Assembly: GCA_038063195.1 (NCBI GenBank)
Contig: JBBTVO010000003.1
Coordinates: forward strand, 1-55,284
DNA: 55,284 bases
From: Patescibacteria group bacterium
GTDB taxonomy: Bacteria > Patescibacteriota > Microgenomatia > Levybacterales > UBA12049
Direction of reading: 5' to 3'
Within the stretch, counting starts at the first letter, position 1. Each line of letters starts with the position of its first letter. Positions 49,504-55,284 of the stretch are shown here, piece by piece. Position numbers and translations under genes: made by a program. The notes beneath the pieces were generated by a model, which ran no database searches, was not told the origin of the DNA, and saw only the letters and a program-made list of their open reading frames with translations.

Positions 49504-50303
49504 TATTGCCCAGGGGATTTGGTAGTTTTAACTTTTGAAGTGGGAGTAGGTGTTCCAGTTGTTGCCTCAACTTTTATATTTGAAGTAACATCGGGAAGCG
49601 CAATTATACGGGATGCCTCAAAAAGACCTGCCTGACCGGCAGGCAGGCCTGAATTATTTTTGCCCGGATATCCTACAATTACAATTGTTTGTCCTATTTC
49701 AAGTTTTGAGAACCCTGATTTTACGAGCTCTTTTTTATCCCGATCATATGAAAATGTTCTCGTCGATGATTCCACGTTGACGTCGTGGGTTTTATTATCC
49801 AAATCCGTCAGGACAAGAGTAAAATTTTTGGTATCCATTTTTGAAACTACTCCATGCATAACCTGAGGAAGATCAATTTCATCGATAAACCTTGCGAGAA
49901 TTCTTCGTGACTCTTTGTTATAAAGGCCAAGTACGCCGATTTTATCACCCTTTTTTATATCTGATATGCCAAAAGATTTTGTCTGTGGGGAGCTGAACTG
50001 CGTAAACTCATCAACATCAATAAATTTAGTATTTTCATGAATATCACTGAGCGTAATCTGCGTATTTGAAACATTTACAACCTCTCCCATGATTCCCTTT
50101 TTCTCTACAAGCTTTAACTGTGCCACGCGGGATGCGATCTTACTTGAAAGGGAGTTGATCTGTTTCTGTATAAGACTGGGTGATGGAGTAGATGTAACTC
50201 TTGGTGTGGTTTTGGGCGTGGGGGATATAGCATAGGAAGAAGACATAGAGAAGCTATTAAGATATAAAGATATTATGAGTAAAAGTATTGGAATTCTTTT
50301 CAT
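49503..50303 (-). CDS. secreted hypothetical protein
   Basis: Signal-like N-terminus; contains the GLPAGQAGL palindrome-encoded segment. Confidence 0.5.
   Translation of the reverse strand: MKRIPILLLIISLYLNSFSMSSSYAISPTPKTTPRVTSTPSPSLIQKQINSLSSKIASRVAQLKLVEKKGIMGEVVNVSNTQITLSDIHENTKFIDVDEFTQFSSPQTKSFGISDIKKGDKIGVLGLYNKESRRILARFIDEIDLPQVMHGVVSKMDTKNFTLVLTDLDNKTHDVNVESSTRTFSYDRDKKELVKSGFSKLEIGQTIVIVGYPGKNNSGLPAGQAGLFEASRIIALPDVTSNIKVEATTGTPTPTSKVKTTKSPGQ
49627..49647. repeat. palindrome CCTGCCTG-ACCGG-CAGGCAGG inside 49503..50303
   Basis: 8-bp perfect arms; encodes GLPAGQAGL. Confidence 0.8.
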
Positions 50304-50304
50304 T

Positions 50305-50730
50305 TTAAAAATCTTCGCTTGAAAAAGTCACTGTTCTTGTCATTTTGGTCTCCTCACCGCTTGGGGAAATCGCTGTTATTTCGACAAAATTTTCTCCATC
50401 GTCAATATTTACAGTAGTTGAGAAATTTCCGCTTGATGCTGGTGTTAAGACTTCCTGATCTACGGGCGTAACTATTACAATAGTTGCGTCTTTCTCGGTA
50501 GTCCCCTCAACCGATATAACTTTTTTTGAAAAAACTCCTTCGTCTGTTGGGTTCTTTATGCTAAGTTGGACGCTTTGCGACGGCGTAGGGATTGGATCTG
50601 ATATTATTATTGTCTTTGTTTTTTGTTCGGGAGATTTTCTAGTCCCCTGATATAAATAAAATGCCGAGCCGGTTACAAGAATTCCTACAAGCACAGCAAT
50701 AAAGGATAAGATGACTCTTTCAGTCTTCAT
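50305..50730 (-). CDS. membrane-anchored Ig-like hypothetical protein
   Basis: Start set at MKTERV downstream of TTGACA-17-TATTAT; one TM helix. Confidence 0.45.
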   Translation of the reverse strand: MKTERVILSFIAVLVGILVTGSAFYLYQGTRKSPEQKTKTIIISDPIPTPSQSVQLSIKNPTDEGVFSKKVISVEGTTEKDATIVIVTPVDQEVLTPASSGNFSTTVNIDDGENFVEITAISPSGEETKMTRTVTFSSEDF

Positions 50731-50793
50731 TTTGGATACAGGCATAATAAGACAAAAAGAACCACTTGTCAAGAAATTTATATCTATGATAGG

Positions 50794-51327
50794 ATGAGTT
50801 ACATGGAAATTTCAGTGGTAGACAGAAGTACAATAAGGATTAAAGGAAAGAATGTCAGTTTTATAGTTGATCCAACATCTTCCATGCCAAAAACTCCTGC
50901 GGACGCGGTTTTGTTCATAAAAGATAGCCAAGATTCAGATTCTCAAGTTTCTAAAGTTGTGGAAGCTCGGGTAATAATAAAAGGAAAGGGAAGCTATGAA
51001 GTCGGCGGAGCAAGAATTACATCTGTAAAAGTAAACGGAACTTTCTTTTACTCCCTAAATATAGATGGGCTCAATATTTTCCTGACCAATACCAAAGGGG
51101 CTGAAAAAGAGCAGGATATGGGGTCATGCAATATTTTAGTCCTTAACGTAGACGGGGAGTTTAAAGAGTCTTTGGTTTCATCTTTTGAACCGAGCGTAAG
51201 TGTATTGTACGGCGAGAAATCCGAAGGCGCAGTAAAGCTTCTGGGTAAAGAGCATCAGACAGTTTCTAAGTTTTCTCAGACAGCAGATAAATTGCCGGCA
51301 GACCCCCAAGTGGTTTTATTAAAATAA
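50794..51327 (+). CDS. hypothetical protein
   Basis: 177-aa ORF immediately upstream of dnaB. Confidence 0.4.
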   Translation: MSYMEISVVDRSTIRIKGKNVSFIVDPTSSMPKTPADAVLFIKDSQDSDSQVSKVVEARVIIKGKGSYEVGGARITSVKVNGTFFYSLNIDGLNIFLTNTKGAEKEQDMGSCNILVLNVDGEFKESLVSSFEPSVSVLYGEKSEGAVKLLGKEHQTVSKFSQTADKLPADPQVVLLK

Positions 51328-51336
51328 GTTATTTAT

Positions 51337-52656
51337 ATGGCAGGAGTAAAAGTTCCTCCGCACAACGAAGAGGCTGAGCAGAGCGCATTGGGTTCAATAT
51401 TAATAGATAAGAACGCGATTGGAGTCGTGTCTGAAATCGTATCATCCTCTGATTTTTACAATACTACAAACGAAATAGTCTATTTGGCAATGCTTGCGCT
51501 TTATGAGAAAAGACAGCCAATTGACCTCCTGACTTTAAAATCCGAGCTAAAGGCAAATAAGACTAAGGATAAAATTGATACGTCATACTTAACGGATTTA
51601 GTCGAAACAGTTCCCACAGCCGCCAACGTAGAGCATTACGCAAAAATTATAAAAGAAAATGCGGTGAAGAGGTCTCTAATTACACTTGGTGGGCAGATTA
51701 CTGAGATGGGTTTTATGGAAGACAAGGAGTCAGAAGAGCTTCTTGATAAAGCAGAGTCTGTAATATTTTCAATTTCGCAGGGAAGCGGTGTCAAGGGATT
51801 TGTGCCTCTTAAAGAAATGCTTGCGGAGAGCTTCGACAGAATAGATGAGCTTCATAAGGGTGGGGTAGGAATGCGCGGAGTTAAAACGGGATTTGTAGAT
51901 CTTGACAATATTCTTTCAGGAATGCAGAAGTCAAACATGATTGTTCTTGCGGCGCGTCCGGGGCAGGGAAAAACAGCAATGATTGCAAATATTGCTCAGT
52001 TTGTTTCAGTCACAGAAAAAATCCCTGTGGGGATTTTTTCCTTGGAAATGAGTCAGGAGGAGATAGTTGACAGACTTCTGGTCGGACAGGCGGATGTAGA
52101 TGCATGGAGATTAAAAACAGGCAAATTATCAGAATCGGATTTTAACAAACTCTCAGAAGCAATGGGGATTTTGGCCGATGCACCTATATATATAGATGAT
52201 ACGCCCGGAGCATCTGTGTCTGAGATACGGACCCGTGCGAGACGCCTTCAGCTTGAGCGCCAAGTCGGACTTATAATCGTTGACTATCTTCAGCTGGTAG
52301 ACCCCGGAAGGCGTTATGACAATAGGGTTCAGGAAGTTTCTATTGTTTCACAGTCTCTAAAAAATTTAGCAAGAGAACTTAAGATTCCTGTAATTGCGGT
52401 TTCCCAGTTGTCACGTGCAGTTGAGCATAGAGGAGAGAAGAAGCCTCAGCTTGCGGATCTAAGGGAAAGCGGAGCAATCGAACAGGACGCAGATGTTGTC
52501 ATGTTTTTATACCGTATGGAAGAAGCCATGGGAAACGTAATTCCTACAAAACTTCTTATTGCAAAGCATAGAAACGGACCAACAGGGGAGATAGATTTAC
52601 TTTTCAAAGGAGATAGGATAAGATTTTATAATACGGAAAGAAAGAGAGAAGAATAA
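51337..52656 (+). CDS. dnaB: replicative DNA helicase
   Basis: PPHNEEAEQSALGSIL, ARPGQGKT Walker A, IIVDYLQL, SQLSR, ESGAIEQDAD. Confidence 0.9.
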   Translation: MAGVKVPPHNEEAEQSALGSILIDKNAIGVVSEIVSSSDFYNTTNEIVYLAMLALYEKRQPIDLLTLKSELKANKTKDKIDTSYLTDLVETVPTAANVEHYAKIIKENAVKRSLITLGGQITEMGFMEDKESEELLDKAESVIFSISQGSGVKGFVPLKEMLAESFDRIDELHKGGVGMRGVKTGFVDLDNILSGMQKSNMIVLAARPGQGKTAMIANIAQFVSVTEKIPVGIFSLEMSQEEIVDRLLVGQADVDAWRLKTGKLSESDFNKLSEAMGILADAPIYIDDTPGASVSEIRTRARRLQLERQVGLIIVDYLQLVDPGRRYDNRVQEVSIVSQSLKNLARELKIPVIAVSQLSRAVEHRGEKKPQLADLRESGAIEQDADVVMFLYRMEEAMGNVIPTKLLIAKHRNGPTGEIDLLFKGDRIRFYNTERKREE

Positions 52657-52658
52657 AG

Positions 52659-52750
52659 TAGCCATTAGCAACTAGCAATTAGCGATTAGGAATTAGTAGA
52701 ATACATTTCAAAACTAGTGGCTAGTTACTAAATATCTAGTTGCTATTTTT
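52659..52750. repeat. two heptamer arrays (TAGCCAT TAGCAAC TAGCAAT TAGCGAT TAGGAAT TAGTAGA ... TAGTGGC TAGTTAC TAAATAT / TAGTTGC TATTTTT)
   Basis: Begins 2 nt after the dnaB stop. Confidence 0.8.
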
Positions 52751-52771
52751 TCGAAAGGGGGTGAATAATTA

Positions 52772-52999
52772 ATGGATCCAAATCAAAATCAAGGCGGAGC
52801 AGGCGGAGGAGGTGATCAGAATCAAAATCCAAATCCAATGCCGCCACCAGCAGAACCGACTACGCCAATGGGCGGAGATCAAAGTCAGAATCCAAACCCA
52901 GCGCCATCAGAGCCAACAAATCCAGTGCCGGCCGATGATCAAAGCTCCGGAAACGGAGGAGGCAATATGGGCGGCGGAACAGGAGCACCAGGAGTGTAA
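52772..52999 (+). CDS. low-complexity G/N/Q/P-rich small protein
   Basis: 75 aa with internal repeat GGDQ(N/S)QNPNP; strong SD GGGGGTGA 9 nt upstream. Confidence 0.45.
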   Translation: MDPNQNQGGAGGGGDQNQNPNPMPPPAEPTTPMGGDQSQNPNPAPSEPTNPVPADDQSSGNGGGNMGGGTGAPGV

Positions 53000-53022
53000 T
53001 TTTACTAGTAAAATTAAATAAC

Positions 53023-53048
53023 AGAGGACCTTATTCGTAAGGTTCTTT
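53023..53048. terminator. hairpin AGAGGACCTTA-TTCG-TAAGGTTCTTT between convergent genes
   Basis: 11-bp stem including two G-U pairs, T-rich 3' flank. Confidence 0.55.
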
Positions 53049-53052
53049 GTTA

Positions 53053-53292
53053 TTATTGGCTGGATGAAGGCGGAAGCTTAATAGTTTTTCTTGCAAATGC
53101 GATATTTAATGCTGCTTCTGCAAGATTTTCACTTCCGTCAACGGATTGAGCTACTTTGTTAGCATGATCTCTTCTTCTCTGAATTTCTGCTAAAGGAGCA
53201 GTGAAAGCCTGATCATCAATGTTCGGTCCATGTTTTTCTACCATAAGAGCAATTATCTTAAATATTAGAGAAATTGTCCAGCAGTATTTCAA
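53053..53292 (-). CDS. hypothetical small protein
   Basis: ORF only; the true start may be the internal MVEKHG. Confidence 0.3.
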   Translation of the reverse strand: MKYCWTISLIFKIIALMVEKHGPNIDDQAFTAPLAEIQRRRDHANKVAQSVDGSENLAEAALNIAFARKTIKLPPSSSQ

Positions 53293-53306
53293 GTTTAGAC
53301 ACGATA

Positions 53307-53858
53307 TTATGGAGTAATCGTTGGTTGAGGAGTAGGAGAAGTAGAAGATTCTCCTTGATAAACAAAATTTCTTGTAAGTGTATCCGTATCTTGGGAAACT
53401 GTGCTTTGCACGCGGAGTTCAAATTTTACGTTTCCGTTGGGCAGATTATAAAGACTTGGAGAATTGCTATTGTATTCAGACCACGAACCTCCATTTATTC
53501 TATATGACCAGACAACCGAGCAATATTCAGGATTGTTATATTTAATAGTTATGTAAACAGGATTGCTATCAACTATTTCTCCTTCTTTGGGATTTGTAAT
53601 AGAAATTGGCCCAATCTCTTTTTTGCAAGTAGTACTTGTGGGCTGAGCTTGCGGAGTTGACTCACTATTATTCTGCGGGACTACTATAACTTTTTCTGCT
53701 GGTGATGGCGCAGGCTGGTTTTTCTTCTGAGAATTGAGATTGCTCAAATTTAAAATAATTACTGTCAAGAGCACGGGAATAGAAAGGGCGCCTGCGACCC
53801 AATCAAGATGCTTTTTCCCAACTTTAAGCTTTTTGATATTTCTCTTAATAACTTCCAT
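53307..53858 (-). CDS. membrane-anchored hypothetical protein
   Basis: One TM helix followed by a beta-rich domain. Confidence 0.45.
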   Translation of the reverse strand: MEVIKRNIKKLKVGKKHLDWVAGALSIPVLLTVIILNLSNLNSQKKNQPAPSPAEKVIVVPQNNSESTPQAQPTSTTCKKEIGPISITNPKEGEIVDSNPVYITIKYNNPEYCSVVWSYRINGGSWSEYNSNSPSLYNLPNGNVKFELRVQSTVSQDTDTLTRNFVYQGESSTSPTPQPTITP

Positions 53859-53908
53859 GGAGACTCTATATTTTACCAGAAATCAGCCTAAATTTCACTG
53901 AACGCAGC

Positions 53909-55063
53909 TTAAAGTGTCTTCATAGACTCGGCGATTTTTATAAGCTCCTCTTCAGACAATATGCAAGCACTTTCTACTTGAGGTTGATTGCCTACTATAA
54001 TTTGTAAGCTATGTGTTTCCCAGATTAATTGACGCGCTGTAAGCCTAAATTCTTGATTGTGTTTTAGAACAGAAGCTTTTGAAGCTTCATAGAAATCTGA
54101 GGTTCCCAGCCAAGATTCTGGTGGGCCATTGTACATTTCAATGATCAAAGCAGGATTTCCAAGAACCTCAACTTTATCAACGACTTTGACCCAATTATCC
54201 CATTGACCCCCAGTAAACTGAAAGGGATCTTTAAATAGTCCATTTTTGTATATTATCTTTTTTTCAACTGGGATTTGAAGAATTTCAAAAGCTCCGTCCT
54301 CAGGAGTCGTTGGTCCACAAAAATAAAATTTTTCTAGACTACTATTTTTAAAATGCTCTTCTAGAGTTTTCGGTAAAACATTGCGCGGAAGATAGGTGGG
54401 AGATAGCGGATTATATTTGGCTTTAAAATCGGACAGTATTGTTGCATTTACTGACTGAACTCTTTTATATTCTTGTGATTCCAGGCGCAGTTTATTACCA
54501 AGCGGAAAAAAACTTACAGAACCTAAAATAAAAGTTATAACTAAGATTATTAAACCAGGAATGAGGCTCTTTGAAAAGATGGATCTGAAATAGAAATCTT
54601 TGTTTTTAATTCGGACCCACGCCAGAGGCAAAACCGATATAGACAATAAAGTAGGTAAGCCATGCTCGAGCATCAGGACGAGACATCCTACGCCAAAACA
54701 GGGTTTGCCGATCGAAAAGAAACTTTGAATGTACAAGATTACAGCCAAGATTGGATATAAAATTATAATAATTTTGGCGACAGGTCTTAAAAAAAATTGC
54801 ATTAAATTCAAAACAAGAGCAACTATAATTAAAGGAATGAAGATTTGATTAATTAATATTAATTTCCCAAAGTTTTCGATTACTGTATTACCAGCTACAA
54901 TTAGAGGGGTATTATATATAACTAGATTGGCAATAATAGATAGGGTAAACCAAAAAAGCGTAGTTAAGAAAATCTCTAAAATCATTGAAGATTTTTTTGG
55001 CGAAATGGGTTGAGCGGGGACTTCTTGATTTACTTGAGGAGCGTTATTTGTTTCTGGATCCAC
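53909..55063 (-). CDS. multi-pass membrane protein with extracytoplasmic C-terminal domain
   Basis: About six hydrophobic helices, then a soluble domain. Confidence 0.5.
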   Translation of the reverse strand: MDPETNNAPQVNQEVPAQPISPKKSSMILEIFLTTLFWFTLSIIANLVIYNTPLIVAGNTVIENFGKLILINQIFIPLIIVALVLNLMQFFLRPVAKIIIILYPILAVILYIQSFFSIGKPCFGVGCLVLMLEHGLPTLLSISVLPLAWVRIKNKDFYFRSIFSKSLIPGLIILVITFILGSVSFFPLGNKLRLESQEYKRVQSVNATILSDFKAKYNPLSPTYLPRNVLPKTLEEHFKNSSLEKFYFCGPTTPEDGAFEILQIPVEKKIIYKNGLFKDPFQFTGGQWDNWVKVVDKVEVLGNPALIIEMYNGPPESWLGTSDFYEASKASVLKHNQEFRLTARQLIWETHSLQIIVGNQPQVESACILSEEELIKIAESMKTL

Positions 55064-55113
55064 TAAGTACAGTTTATTTGCATTTATATTCGCAAGTCAA
55101 GTTATAAAATTTG

Positions 55114-55196
55114 TGGGCAAAGAGGGAGTCGAACCCTCATGGCCTTGCGACCAGTAGTTTTTGAGACTACCGCGTATACCGTTCCGCCACTTGCCC
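55114..55196 (-). tRNA. tRNA-Leu (anticodon CAA), type II with long variable arm, no encoded CCA
   Basis: Minus strand GGGCAAG-TG-GCG..CGC-G-GTAGT-CTCAAAA-ACTAC-TGGTCGCAAGGCCATG-GAGGG-TTCGACT-CCCTC-TTTGCCC-A folds as a cloverleaf. Confidence 0.85.
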
Positions 55197-55284
55197 ATAG
55201 GCAACTTGTATTATATACTCTCAGCTATATCTAGGCAAGAAATATGAAGAAAAAAGCTACTAATGTCAGGCTTGAAAAACACGT

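Noticed and set aside
52812-53021. Alternative-frame 69-aa ORF overlapping 52772..52999
   Set aside because: It has no ribosome-binding site and starts inside the SD-led ORF. It is a low-complexity shadow frame.
1-55284. UGA recoding or an alternative genetic code (only RF1 is seen in the window)
   Set aside because: TGA closes well-supported genes (the Rpf-like gene at 6854-6856, hicA at 37259-37261, pepP at 48397-48399), so the standard code fits. RF2 may simply lie outside the window.

Overview
AT-rich, gene-dense bacterial chromosome segment. The gene content suggests a reduced-genome Patescibacteria/CPR-like organism: compact RF1, extended S6/L31, a giant surface protein and many addiction modules. 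That lineage call is inference only. Housekeeping genes: purB/purN-like/purM-like, glgA plus a GT4 glycosyltransferase, an Rpf-type muralytic protein, a thioredoxin/DipZ pair, PQQ sugar dehydrogenase, L,D-transpeptidase, adk-like, ychF, rpsF-ssb-rpsR, ctpA, murB, prfA, rpmE, hisS, hisI-like, pepP, dnaB and tRNA-Leu(CAA). Two accessory arrays stand out. (1) At 14.0-20.1 kb, small unrelated genes and TA pairs (DUF433/DUF5615, MazEF, DUF4258/DUF2283) are separated by a conserved 19-bp motif, and a ~47-bp direct repeat duplicates the 3' end of the flanking hydrolase gene. (2) At 36.6-43.7 kb, seven TA-type modules plus decayed toxin fragments are punctuated by nine same-orientation copies of a 16-bp core. 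Five of these copies carry a CCCACCTCGGAGGTGGG palindrome, giving an integron-like cassette architecture with no recombinase in view. Other signals: GC-rich palindromic elements inserted in frame in murB, pepP and other genes; heptamer stop-codon ladders filling intergenic spacers around translation genes; a classical His-codon leader-peptide attenuator upstream of hisI-hisS; and a widespread TGnTATAAT-N6-ATG leaderless layout. All coordinates were derived by hand against the ORF track and may be off by 1-2 nt. No database search or folding computation was possible.
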